From Veleropilina oligotropha (Eukaryota): 64,000 bases of DNA. Within the stretch, counting starts at the first letter, position 1; the number at the start of each line of letters is the position of its first letter. Where the stretch lies: positions 124,001 through 188,000 of the forward strand of contig JBEUKZ010000031.1 of NCBI GenBank assembly GCA_048128005.1. Reading direction: 5' to 3'. Positions 26,001 through 40,100 of this stretch are shown one piece after another. The notes under the pieces were generated by a model, which was not told the DNA's origin, made no database searches, and worked only from the letters and a program-made list of their open reading frames with translations. A program made the translations under genes and the position numbers.

Positions 26001-29000
26001 GCTCAAAGCTGTAGAGGTCACACAATCTAAGAATCTGGATGTAGTATGTCGGCTAGGAGGCTTTCATATGATGATGAGTTTCTTAGGAAGTATCGGATCA
26101 TTAATGAATGGATCAGGACTACATGAACTACTAGAAACGTGTTATGGACCTAACTCAGTCGACCATATGATGAGTGGGAAGGCAGTTTCACGAGCTTTGC
26201 GTGGCCACTTTCTAGTAGAAGCAGCTTTAATGACAAGGCTAAGCGATTCACTTTTACCCGATATAGTGCTTCCACCGATCAACACTGACGATTCGGTAAG
26301 CAATGATACAGTGCTTCAAAATGATGATCTTGAAACAAACGAACAAGATGAGGAGGCCAGTGACATATTGCCTGAACAGCTTACATGCGAAGATGCCCCT
26401 AAAAGTCCGTATGTTCTCAGTGAATCTGATGCAATTGAGCTGCATGATATATCAAGTGAACTCATTTGCAATTTAACAGCCATCGATCAAGTGAAATAAT
26501 CCAATGCTTTTCAGTCGTTATCAGAAGCTCTTTCTAATCATAAGAGTTTTCTTGAGAGCAAGTCTCGAACAGCAAAGTTATGGTTACAATATATGAAGTA
26601 CATTGAGGTTCTTAAACTATTTATCCGAGCAGAACGGACAGGAGACTGGAACACTCATTTGATCGCTGCTGCACAAATGTTAAATTTGTTTGCTGCGACA
26701 GGCCATCTCAATTATGCCAAGTCAACCCGCCTTTACTTGCAAATGATGTGTGATTTGCCTCACAGTAATCCTTGGTTGCATGATCAGTTTATATCAAAAG
26801 GTTATCATACGGTGCGCCGGTCTGATCGTTTTTGGTCTGGTATTTGGACGGATTTGGCTATGGAACAAATAATGATGCGGACTATTAAATCCAGGGGTGG
26901 ACTTACCCGCGGTCGTGGTTTTACAGAGTCTGTTCGCATACTCTGGGTGCATAGTATGCATACATGTGCAAGCATCCACCAAGCGATGGGCGATCTGACA
27001 GGGCTTCAGCAAGCAACGAGCGAGCAACATGTAGATATGGCTAAATCCAGAATGCAACGAGATTCCAAGGATTTGTGCACAATGGTGTCCTGGTTGAAAT
27101 CACACAACCCATTTGATAACAGTGATGACACGTTACGTTCAATATCATCTGGTCTTGCTGCCACAATGGACAAGGGTGTTAACTGTGATGATGCTGAAAA
27201 TGTAGGATTAGCAATTCAAATGAGTATGGACAACTCGATGTTTTCTGACATATCCATTAAGCGAAAGCACCAGGTGAAAAATCTTGCAACATTGCAAAAT
27301 GGAATCAAAGTTGGTGAGGAAAAGGTGCACATCGATCCAAATATTTTATTTTCAAGATTGATGGTCCAAGTTGAAAGGTCAGAGAGCATGAAGCACTACT
27401 TTGAGTATGAACTAACACAAATACCAACAGCTCTGTTTAAGGATTCAAAAATGAGAAAGTGCAACAAATCTTCTCTGGCTGCTATTCTGAGAAAAGAGGT
27501 CTCCTCTGTACTTGAAGTGCCAGTAGCGAAAATGGTGATCGATGGGGGGTCACTTTTACATCGCGTTCGGTGGCAATGTCCTTCCACTTACAATAATATC
27601 GTGGTACAATACGTATCCTACGTTAGACAGAAATATGGAACGTCAACCATAGTATTCGATGGCTACCTTGAAGGCCCATCTACAAAAGATCATGAGCATG
27701 TTCGGCGGAATAAAAGCATGTCTGCTAATGTTCAGCTGCAGGGTACAATGGTAGCGCACGGACCACAACAGTCTTTCTTGTCTAATGAAAGGAACAAACG
27801 TAAATTCATCTCTTTGCTGAAAGATGCACTGCAGAATGATGGTCACAACGTTCATCAAGCTAAAAATGATGCTGACACGACGATTGTAGCCTGTGCCATG
27901 GAGTTGTGTCGAGACGATGCAACGATCGTCATATCCGATGATACTGATGTGTTGGTGCTAATGGTCTACCATTTCCAGGATAATATGAAAGACATATTTC
28001 TTTTCGGAGGCAACCGCAAGATCAAAACAAGCAGTATATCATACCAGCATATCTGCAATGAGGGAGAAAGTAGGTTATGACGTGTCAAAACACTTACTCT
28101 TTGCTCATGCCTGGTCAGGGTGTGACACCACATCAGCCATCTTCAGACAAGGAAAAGGTGCAATAGTAAAGCAAGTGCAACAGTCAGCAGCTGTGCGTGA
28201 AATTTATAATGTGTTTCTTCTAGATGAAAATTCGCAAGCTGATGTGGAATGTGCAGGAGTCAAACTGTTTGTAAAAATGTATCAAGGAAGAGAGGACGAT
28301 ACTTTGAACGAGCTCAGATATGCTAGATACATGAATGCTCTTGCCAGTTCACAACAGTCAATACGACCAGAAACTTTGCCCCCAACTGAGAATGCTGCAC
28401 GCTTTCATTGCTTGCGTGTATACCTACAAGTACAGATATGGAAGCACCTTGAGGCAAATACAACATTGAAAGCAGAACAATGGGGATGGAGGATCGAGAA
28501 GGATCATCTAGAACCTGTTATGACTGATCGAGAACCAGCCCCATGCGATCTTCTAAATGTGATTCGTTGCAAGTGCAAGTCGTCTCTCTGCAGTTTCAAT
28601 TCCTGCTCCTGTCGAAAGTACGGATTACATTGTATGTCGGCTTGCATTCATTGTCGTGGAGAGAACTGCGAAAATGCCGAAGAAGTAATCTGTGTAGATG
28701 AAGCTGAAGATGTAGATATATAGAAATTTGATGAAAGTATGAATGGACACCCTTAACACTTCATGATGAATTGATGTTTAACGACGATGCAAACAGCATT
28801 TCTGTCATAAATTGGGTCAATCAACTTGGAAATGATGAAATAAATTCGCACTGTGGGCATTGGAGGCAGCGAAAACAGAGAAAACGATGTTTCATTCATG
28901 TTTGTATATCATTTATTAATAAAGCGTGATGTGACTTTCTTGACTGGCGGCCATCTTGGATTTTTACCATAAAAATGTCCATTACACTAGTTTATGAGCA

Positions 29001-29474
29001 TTGTAACATTTTAATTGTTATTGAAATGGAATCAGACTGCTTAATAACATAGAAAAAGACACATCATGCAAATTTGTATGACATTTATTCACAACGATAC
29101 AGCATTTTAAGATATTTCGGAATCGGATGGCGGCCATCTTGGATTTTGCCATATTTGACAGTCAAGAAAAATTTGGGGAACATTTTCTTCATTCATAAAT
29201 TGATCAAGATATAAATAGACCCAATTAACACTTAACGAGTGCTAAACATCACAATTATTAAACTACTTATCATGTAACTGTTCAAAACATTTCTAAATAT
29301 GACTGAAATATTTGATAAATATACCACTTTTTTCATATGGTCATAACTTTTTTTCCTCAAATCGGATTTAAGAGGATTTTGGATATGTTATTCTAGCCTA
29401 ACAATCCGATCAATGGTGAAAATTTCAGCTTGGCGTTAATTTTTTCCGGGTCAAAACCTATTTCTACTGGACTA
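23065..29474 (+). mobile_element. Academ DNA transposon (XPG type), near full length
   Basis: TIRs tagtccagtagaaata...ggaaaaaattaacgccaagct / agcttggcgttaatttttt...tatttctactggacta; TAG...CTA ends; no clean TSD seen. Confidence 0.85.
24242..28723 (+). pseudogene. Academ transposase + XPG/PIN-like nuclease + Cys-rich C-terminus
   Basis: ADNVD..DGKNSFHGMG, ITFDQPLW, LGGFH, AERTGDW, DLAMEQ; PIN motifs VIDGG, VFDGY, DADT, DDTD, GCDTTS; CKC...CSC...C...C..C. Stops at 24390 and 26497, frameshifts near 25775 and 28040; splice acceptor ttcttcag at 24241. Confidence 0.85.
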
Positions 29475-31088
29475 TAACTTTAATCTGTATTTTTGAATTA
29501 GGTATAAATAATATTTCTTTGTTAGAATTGCATTATTTTAAATAATAATATATAAGGGTGACTCTACCTATTAGGAACAGTCTATCCGACTCAAGAGTCA
29601 TCCTTCTTTTCAGCATAGTGTATGCATATCATATTATTTTTTATATTATATTCTATATTGTATATATATACCTATCTGAAAAGTAAATAAAAATCTATCT
29701 ATCTATCTAAATAAAAATTTTGTCGGAAAAGGGAGATAACTGCGCAAATATTTGTCGGAAATGTTAAATTCAATAGGAACCTCGTCTATGTCCCACTAAA
29801 CCTGCATACCAAATTTGGACCCCCTACCTATTGCGCTTTTCCTGATATCCTGTTCACGTCATCCGAAACTGAAATTTTATGTCGAAGAAGGGGGATAACT
29901 GTAGAAATAATCGGCGGAATAATCTGAAATTCAATAACAACCTAGTGTATGGCCCAATAAACCTGAATACCAAATTTGAATTCCCTAGCCGTTACGGTTT
30001 TCCTGATATCCTGTTCACGTCGTCCGAAATGGAAATTTTGATGAAAAAGGGGACAACTGTGGAATAATCTGAAATTCAATAGTAACCTAGTTTATGTCAA
30101 AATAAACCTGAATACCAAATTTGAATTCCATAGCTGTTACGGTTTTCTTGATGTCCTGTTCACGTCGTCCGAAGCGGAAATTTTGTCAAAAATGGGGGAT
30201 AACTGTGCAAATAATTGGCGGAATAATCTGAAATTCAATACTAAACTAGTTTATGTCCCAATAAACCTGCATACCAAATTTGAATTCCCTAGCTTTTACG
30301 GTTTTCCTAATATCCTGTTCACGTCGTCCAAAACTGAAATGTTATGGTGAAAAGGGGGGAGAACTGTGCAAATAATCGGCGGAATAATCTGAAATTCCAT
30401 AGCAACTTAGTTTATGTCCCAATAAACTTCCATCCCAAATTTGAATTCCCTAGCTGTTACGGTTTTCCTGATATCCTGTTCGCGTCGTCCGAAACGGAAA
30501 TTTTATGTCAAAAAAGGGGAATAACTGTGCAAATATTTGGCGGAATAATCTGAAATTCAATAGCAACCTAGTTTATGTCCCAATAAACCTGCTTACAAAA
30601 TTTTAAATCCCTAGCTGTTACGGTTTTCCTGATATCCTGTTCACGTCATCTATATGAACAGACAGACGGACGGACGGACTACGTGACGACATAATCCGAT
30701 CGTTTTTTCAAAACCGATGGGGATAAAAATACTCTGATGGAATTTGCGACTTTGACTGTTAAATTCATGTCAATGGAAAATAAAACTTCAGACAAATAAA
30801 AGTTGCAAAACCATAGTGCTAAACAGGAGTTTTATTCCACAATGACATGGGCCGGTTCACTTTACGAAGTGCTCTCTTCTTTCCAAATGTTAGATAGATG
30901 AAATATTGTTTTAATAAGGTCAATCAATTTTGCATGGAAAAATGCATTGATACAATGTGCACAAAACGATATACTGTATGTGGGAAAATTTTCCGCCAAA
31001 CCAGTAATCAAAGTCGGTACCAGCCCCCTCTTTCCAATGGGTGAAATGTTTATTTCATATTCACTGTCTTTCTTATTGTTCGATTTAT

Positions 31089-31175
31089 TTACAATCTTTT
31101 TTGTGTACTGAATTCTTGGAGAGTTGTGTGATACAGTGGTATTCCTTTCAAAACTTGTGAACTTCCACCAGTTAT
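31089..31175 (-). CDS. CDK5RAP1: CDK5RAP1 exon 12 (last coding)
   Basis: [28 protein letters not shown]. Confidence 0.85.
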   Translation of the reverse strand: MTGGSSQVLKGIPLYHTTLQEFSTQKRL

Positions 31176-34100
31176 CTACAATACAACAGGGTAAATGTAA
31201 AATATAAAACGTAGCTTATTTCAAATATACAAAATTAATATACTCTATCTCCCATGAAAACTTGCCCAGTTATAGACAACTATGACTGTTATTTGAACAG
31301 TCACATCCGAGAATCGAACCAACTTCTCGTAATTGGAGCAAATGAATTGGTTAAAAGAATTGAGACCCATATGCTCTTATTTAAAATACCACCGTGACGC
31401 CGATATGGTATGGTACGTATGGCACGATTTACCCCAATCTACTTTATATTTATTAAAATCGGAGTCAAAGGTGAATTTAATATGTCTACACATTGATTTA
31501 TAGAGCAGAGCACACAGCAATAACAGATAACATCTATTATACAGTAAATGCATTGCGGAGGTAGCGAGGGATATTGTTGTTGCCCTGCCCTGTCCGTCCG
31601 TACGTATGTCCATAAACAATTTGATTCAAGTTTTGCATTGAGTATATATAGCTGGTCTAAGAGACATTTTGGCATATATATGCCATTGTTATGGGTTAAA
31701 ATATGGATGTCATCTTATACTCTGGTTATATTAAATAAAATTTAAATATATTGATATATTTGGTGCTTAAAATTATGTGTTGCAAACACAAAACTTTCGG
31801 ATTAATTTGTGGTTAAAATATTTTGATGGGTGCATAGATGTTCTGGACGTTGTTTTGCATCCATATCCTTTAGTGCTGACTATACTGATGGTGCCTGCTT
31901 ATCTAATGGACTGGTCTGGCTATAAATATAGCACCCTTGTGTATGACCTTACTTTAGTGACAATGTAATCTCCAGGTTTGATTTCTCTCAGTTCCTTGGC
32001 AGTCGAGTCGCATGGAATCTCCAGACCAGCAACGATAACTTTTGTATTGCCGTCATTTCTGCCAGCGAGGTCACTCTCAGATCGCTTTGATTTCTGAAGT
32101 GCAACATCAACCATAAATAATAGCAATACGTAAAACAGAAAACAAATGACAGTAACAAGAAAAACGCTTGTATTTGTTGATATTCAAGGTTACAAAATTC
32201 CACTTACAAATGGGATTTTCACTTTGCAAGTCAGATAATGTTTAAAATGATCACAAAATATAATGCAAAATTATAAAGTGAATGACTAAAAATTATACTT
32301 AGTCTATTAATTAATTTTACAGAAGAGAGCAATACATTCCTGAACCATTTTAATACCATTTTACTTGTCTGAAGAAATAGTTATATTCCTAACTTCGCCA
32401 AACTGTCATTACAACAGATATCTGCAGTACTAGAAAAAAGGACAATGACAATGATCAACAACAGAGAGCAGCACACCATTATTATATGAAATTTAGAAAA
32501 AATTTAACGGAGATGCGTAACAATAGCTATGATGGAAATTAATTAATGATAAATATCAATGAACAAGAAGACCTGCCATGATTAGCTATGGAGACATCTT
32601 CTTACGCTTTCAGCGGCCTCGTTGGATTAGTGCATCAGACACTCAAACGAGTATGTTATGTGGACCGCAGTTCAAGCCCAGAAGGCATATGCCCTATATG
32701 TCGGTCAGATCGGAGTGATAAGTTTGAATAATTGCCAAAAGTGATCGTAAAGCAAATTTGCCTGTCAACCAGTCTTACCCCTTCCACTAAGATCAGCTGA
32801 GTCTGCCCACATTGTGCTTCATTGAGCCTCAGTGCTTGCTGTCTGAAAGCATCTATCAGCTCAGCAGCTCTCCGAATTTTGTCCTCTTGACAAACATCAT
32901 CTTTTAATTTGTGGTAAGCATTTGTTTTCTGAAAAGATTGCATGTCATTGAAATGGCAATAGGTATCAATATTCCCTCGGCCAATACATTCCTTCTTGTT
33001 GCGTATTTATTTATTTGTTTGTTTGTCAACAGGATAACTCGAAAAGTTATTGATGACTCTAGATGAAATTTTGTGAATGGGTTATAATAATAATAACTAG
33101 ACGCTCAGTCACGAGTGACCGCATATGTATCCCCCGGTAATGCTTTAAAATCCAAGATGGAGGCCACAGTGGCCATCTTGGAGGTCGGACCACACCCAAA
33201 ATCTCTAGGTGTCGTGTCCTCATCCAAACCAATGCACATACCAAATTTGAAAACATTCCGTTAAGAAATGAACTGTCTAGAGCGATCACAAGTTAGGCGG
33301 CTTGTCCTCATCATACCTAACTTGCATACCAAATTTGAATCAAATCGGATTAGAATTTTTAACTGCAGAGTGCGGACAAGAATTCTCGTCAAAGAAAATG
33401 GCCGCCAAGGCGGTCACTTTGAATCCAAAACCGACGAAAATCGTTAGGCGGTGTGTCCTCATCATAACTAACACGCATACCAAATGTGAATCAAATCAGA
33501 TTGAACTTTTTCAATGTAGATCGCACACAAGAAATCTCTACAAACTTAATGGCCGCCACGACCACTTAATAGGTGGCGTGTCCTCATCATAACTAACGGG
33601 CATACCGAATTTGAACCAAATCAGATTAGAAATTTTCACTGTAGAGCGCACACAAGAAATCTTTGCGGCGGACGTGGCAGATGAACGATGACTAAACCAT
33701 ACTATCCTCGACTATGTCGTCCAGGGATACAATAAAGAAAACACCCTGAATTAGAAATATTCAAGAAACCGTGTTATTTCAATTTCAAAGTTATGTCTAT
33801 ATACATTATTATACATTTTTATATTGTGACAGTTTGTAACGTATAAAATATTGTTAAATATGTAATAAAATGTCTCCTGCTTTGACTACGCATGAAACAT
33901 GAAAACAAGACTAAAACGAGCACTGTTAACCTAGATTTCGAATTTGAAGACAAAATTATCTTCCATCAATAGAGCGCAAATGATTTTGCTAGACAACAGG
34001 TGCCAAATACGCATTTTAATTCCACAAACATCGAGGTTTTATTTTATTTTACCCACGATTAATGGTGACATTTCTATGCAGTGTGTAATATCATAAAATG

Positions 34101-37100
34101 CTGATTGCGACTTTCCTTGTTAAAGAGATTATTATATTGCTCATAAAAGCGCTATTTCGTGACTGTGTAGCATGGATAATCATCCACTATCGCACGGTTC
34201 GCGCACATTGATAAAAATTTCCCGAAGACATGATCGATATATGATCGAATGATATATTTTTATTGAAATTATTAATGTAACTGGGCAATATATATTATTG
34301 TCAAATAGACAGCTATATAATCTTACTTGACAAGCAGAAATTAACCTACGCAACGTGGCTCCAACTTGATCAATTGAAAATGTTACTCGGTGCGGGGTAA
34401 TTAAACGCGGACCGCGTTTTATTATTTTTAAATCTTCAGTAGCGATTAATTAATACGGTAGCAAATGATTGACGAAAGTTGAATGTTGAAAATTCCTAAC
34501 TTTTTATGTTATAAACAAAAAGTGTAATGTTAGTTTTCTTTTCAAAGAAAAAAGAGCGCATTTACGAGCAATAGTCTCTTTAAGAGTTGACGTAGAACAT
34601 TTGCATTTTACTTAAAAATGAGACTACCTCTGCTTATTTGGTGACAACATTAAAAACACATGAACTGCGGAACTAGTTAACCACACGTGACGGACTGGTT
34701 TCATGTAAAGTTTTCAGATTTATATACGCACACTGAAAACGGCTAAGACAGCAAAAACCAGTGTTTGCATTCATGGCTGTCATACACAAATGGGTGGGCG
34801 AACGCGCGAGAAAAACATGATTTCATAGTAATAAAACGGAGTCGGCAATGATATTGACAGAGTGGGTAAATATTTACCGGACCAGAGGGTCGGCAGCAGT
34901 GAAGATTTACCGGACGGTACCTCCGCGAAATTTACCGGCAAAAGTCGGAAGTCCGGCCGCGGCACTTATATCGAGCGCTGTACATGTATTGCAACAAATA
35001 ACATATAACAATTTCCAATGCTATATTAATATTGTTTCAGCATCTAATACTATAATCAGTGTACTAAATTATATTATAGGAGAACTCTCAAATGATTTGG
35101 AACTACATGGAAAATAATACAATATAAATTAATCTACATTTATAGAAAGCTTTCAGTTTGCAAGTATTTAAAATCTCATATTAAATAATTTCCTTTTTGG
35201 TGGCAGCACGCTGACACCAAAAGTGCTTATCCCAGTATTGGGTATACTTTATATTGCATCAGATTCGGATTTATAAACATATACATGATATATGGATAAA
35301 TTTAGCACATTAATTTATGTTGCCCATAAATACATATATTAAGTATTTGGATGGCTTGAAAACTGAACACCAGTGTCTAATGTCAAAGGTCATGTTTTCG
35401 TGCTAAGATCCCAACCACTAGAGCCATAGCGCATTTTTCCTTTAAAGATTGCTACTTTATGCGACTAGATAATCATATCAAACCATGACTTGCCAACTTT
35501 CTGCACCTTGCCATAAATGAAACCACATTCAATATGAGCCAACATTTGACTAGCAAGATGCCCAGTACAGAGTGCTGAGAGAAGTTATAGACAAGAGTAC
35601 AATAAATATTGTAATTAAGTAATATAATAATATAAATGTACATACCGCTCTCATGCTGTATGGGAAACAGTAGGCATAGTTATATTTCACATGACTCATC
35701 AAAGACAGAGTGTCTTCATGAGCAGCTTCTGTCTCGCCACAAAATCCAGCAATAAAATCACTCGTCAATGCAACATCTGTAAAGTTAAAAACAAAAGATT
35801 ATTATCCGCATACAAACTGTTTTAGAAAATATTGTTATCTAATAACTATATAAGTCCAAAAATAAAATAAAGAAGTTTCTCAGGCACCGCCGCGTCAGTC
35901 AAAAGTCTGTCGCTTGTTTGCTTTTATTGACTAGGAATTTTTTTTGTTAATTTTTTTTTTTTCGTCTGATGATGATATTATAGGTTACATGGTTTGTTAG
36001 TGACCTAATATGGATATTTATTGGGTGAGTGGAATTTCATATTCCACTCACCCAATAAATATCCATATTAGGTCACTAACAAACCATGTAACCTATATAT
36101 CATGGCAACGACCTAATGGTTTAATTATATTTTACATGAGAATACAGTTGTAATAATAAATTCATTAAATATCTTAATATTGAGATAAAATAAATTTTAA
36201 TAACGTAATATACGGTAATAAATACATACTATACATAGCGTATGTTGATTTATAATGTTCTCCGTTTGACTTTCTTGCATCGATGTAAAAGTGACCCAGT
36301 ACTTCGTCCATTCGGACGGCGTCAAACGTTTCGAAGTTAGTTGGCTGATATTTTTCGGTCTCGGAGGCAACTAGCAGCGTGCTGGTTACACTTCATCGTA
36401 GCTTCTGCATTTACCTTTCTCCTTTTTGTTTCTATATCCTCTAGTGTAGACGATGCAAAGCTCTTGACCATTATGTAATTAACGCAGTTAGGTATTCGAG
36501 AAATGGGTGTCGTCTGCTAACAGAAATAGCAACAAGGGAAGCAACTCTCGCATCGACGTAATATGAAAGTCTACTGACCGTATATGAAAAAATATTACGT
36601 CGGCACGTGACGCGATGCAGCCAATGAATGGGCTGCGTGGCTGTCGGAGTCATGATATTATAGGTTACATGGTTTGTTAGTGACCTAATATGGATATTTA
36701 TTGGGTGAGTGGAATTTCATATTGGACGAGGCGGAGCCGAGTCCAATATGAAATTCCACTCACCCAATAAATATCCATATTAGGTCACTAACAAACCATG
36801 TAACCTATATATCATGGCAACGACCTAATGGTTTAATTATATTTTACATGAGAATACAGTTGTAATAATAAATTCATTGAATATCTTAATATTGAGATAA
36901 AATAAATTTTAATAACGTAATATACGGTAATAAATACATACTATACATAGCGTATTTGTTCTAGCGATGTTGATTTATAATGTTCTCCGTTTGACTTTCT
37001 TGCATCGATGTAAAAGTGACCCAGTACTTCGTCCATTCGGACGGCGTCAAACGTTTCGAAGTTAGTTGGCTGATATTTTTCGGTCTCGGAGGCAACTAGC

Positions 37101-40100
37101 AGCGTGCTGGTTACACTTCATCGTAGCTTCTGCATTTACCTTTCTCCTTTTTGTTTCTATATCCTCTAGTGTAGACGATGCAAAGCTCTTGACCATTATG
37201 TAAAAAACGCAGTTAGGTATTCCAGAAATGGGTGTCGTCTGCTAACAGAAATAGCAACAAGGGAAGCAACTCTCGCATCGACGTAATATGAAAGTCTACT
37301 GACAGTATATGAAAATATATTACGTCGGCACGTGACGCGATGCAGCCAATGAATGGGCTGCGTGGCTGTCGGAGTCATGATATTATAGGTTACATGGTTT
37401 GTTAGTGACCTAATATGGATATTTATTGGGTGAGTGGAATTTCATATTGGACGAGGCAGAGCAGAGTCCAATATGAAATTCCACTCACCCAATAAATATC
37501 CATATTAGGTCACTAACAAACCATGTAACCTATATATCATGGCAACGACCTAATGGTTTAATTATATTTTACATGAGCCAGCAACTTCATGGTCAATCGG
37601 AAACACGTCAATGCCATCAATCGACGAACACATGTCTGGACTCGATGTTGACCAACTCTACGATGGCTTACCAGCACAACAAGTTAATCAAATAAAACAG
37701 AACAAAATACTTTTTCTAACTAATTATAAAAATCAGTGTTATATTTAAATAAATGACATTATTGTAATAAAAGGTAAAATACGACAACCGGTCGGCAGGT
37801 TGCATTTCGCAAGGGAGATAATTTAAGCATAATGCAATATTTTAAGCATAACGCAATATTCAACAGGAATAATTATAGTATAAACTATTAATTAAGAAAT
37901 AAATTATGGATATTTTAAATCCATTAATCTGTTAATGTCTGGTTTATGACTTATATCAAATGACAGCGCACTTGATCATGTTAAGCTGCAGGTTCGTATC
38001 ATTTATTATTATTGAAAATGCCGTTTCGCATTTCCCGCATGAACGTATAGCCTAAACCAGCAATTTAACATCATAATTTAATTTAAGTCTCACCTCCACA
38101 GTCACTAATTTCATGCGCTCCTCCCACCGTCGATCACATACCAGAATAGGAGTGGCCTTTCGACGTAATTTAAATAAACAGATACAGACAGACCCCGCGG
38201 CTGTTGTTGTGTTTGCACAAGGGAAGCAACTCTCGCATCGACGTAGTATAAAAGTCTACTGACAGTATATGAAAATATATTACGTCGGCACGTGACGCGA
38301 TGCAGCCAATGAATGGGTTGCGTGGCTGTCGGAGTCATGATATTATAACTTACATAGTTTTTTAGTGACCGAATACGGATTTTACCGGGGTCAGTGGAAA
38401 TTTCATATTGGGCGAGGCGATAGCCGAGCCCAATATGAAATTTCCACTGACCCCGGTAAAATCCGTATTCGGTCACTAACAAACTATGTAAGGTATTTAT
38501 CCTGTCGACGACCTGCAAATATATTATTACGTAATATTTTGAGAAACGCAAATAGGTAAATATATTGGTACCGTCATCAACAGTCTTTATCCGGCCGCAT
38601 TCCCGCTAAATCCTGGTAAATCGTAAACAACACGTCACTCGGCGTTATTGACGAGCATCTCTCTGCAGTCGACATTAATCAACTGTTTGACGACTTTTCA
38701 CCACAGCAACTTTCAGATGAATAATCAGAGACAATTTCCAATGTTTTACAGATGTAAAATCGACAACATCAACATTACAACAAACAATTAATAACATGTC
38801 CTTGAGTGACCTCGTTTTCCCGCCACCCGTACTTGTTGACGTGATATGAAATGGAAGAACCAGATATGGTTATTTTACATGGTCAGCACGTGACGTGATG
38901 TAACCAATGAATGGACTAGAATGTTGTCGGAGGCAGGATAATCTAATATATCCTTTGTATGATTGGATGTAAAAATCATGTTGACTGCATATTTTGAATT
39001 GTTTATTGTAATATCGTCTATAATACGAATAAAAATTATATGTTTATCATTAGTTTCTACTGTTATCGTTTAAAAATTACTGGTATATATTAACTATAAA
39101 TAGCGATTTCACTTTCCCCTTCCTGCAACGATAATGCCAGAATGTCACGGTCGGTTTATACAGTCAGTTTTGTGCCAATTTCTCATAGGCCCAAAAGGGT
39201 AATCAATTTGACCCAATAATTACGAATGCAAGATTTTATTGTCAAATGCTAGTTTTACTGTTAAATATTATAACCGAAAAAGATCATTCTTTAATAATGA
39301 AATTCATCGCAGAGTTATCTCCATTGAACAAACGACGGAATAAATTGTCTCCTTGTCAACTTCGGATGTTTCCGTACATGCTTTCATTTGACACAATCTT
39401 TTGTTCGAGAACAGCGAAGTATTGTGCAGACGACAGGATGTTAGTGTCTGTAACAGTAACGAATGGGACCGTGCGCGTAAAACCATGGAGCATTGTTTCT
39501 GTTATGGAAGGAACGACGATGCTGGACTTGTATAATGCCATCATCTCCAAAACGGCTGATGCGGTTGACTCGTGACCAAGTCTCCCCGAGCATTTGATCG
39601 ACGCTTCAACCATGTTTTATCGGGAAAAACAAAACGGAGACCGCTTATTCATGAACGCTGGTATTTTAATAAAATTACATAAATTTTATCATAATATGGT
39701 ACAATAAAAAAAATGTTGAAATAAAATTAAAACTAGAGGAGTTGTTTTTGTGTGAACAAAAACATATGTCTCCCCATGTTAGAGAAATAACACCATATTG
39801 AGACCCTCATGAAGTTTGGAAAGTCACGAACTTGAAGAACTGGATTTATGCAAATGTCCTGAATATTTGCACCCTTCACGTTCAAGGCATGGGAACCTAT
39901 GAAGATGATAAGAATTTTAGTAGGTCAAAGGTCATTACGGCAAGGCCAGAGGTCATTTTTGGAAAATTACGCCTCCTTGCACAATGGCACGTTAAAGGAA
40001 GATATTATAAGCATATCACAGGAAATCATGCTGGCATGTACACGACCCGAGATCCTAAGCCCGGACAAGGTGTGTATCAGGAAAATACATTTTGACTTCT

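Larger units (their letters stand above)
22585..29715 (+). mobile_element. 3' end of an L2/CR1-group LINE, split by the Academ insertion
   Basis: ORF2 C-terminus LFKLQKKCIRLV...TNPIFKSLNILKF...HNYNTR (stop 22978); 3' UTR resumes at 29475 with hairpin gggtgactct...agagtcatcc and an (atct)n tail. Confidence 0.75.
22230..30730 (+). mobile_element. Helentron/HINE-like element with ~160-165-bp tandem units, interrupted at ~22585-29715
   Basis: Start aacaagaagtgtgggagccacacattatcccca; units aggggataactgtgcaaata...ataccaaatttgaattccctagc on both sides of the interruption; (gacg)n; end ccgatggggataaaaa. Confidence 0.75.

Noticed and set aside
36471..38551. Repeated [13 protein letters not shown]s as a gene family
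   Set aside because: They come from the tandem non-coding element and have no splice or domain support.
39420..39660. Possible exon of a second Crypton-associated gene
   Set aside because: It has an in-frame stop and no recognisable domain.
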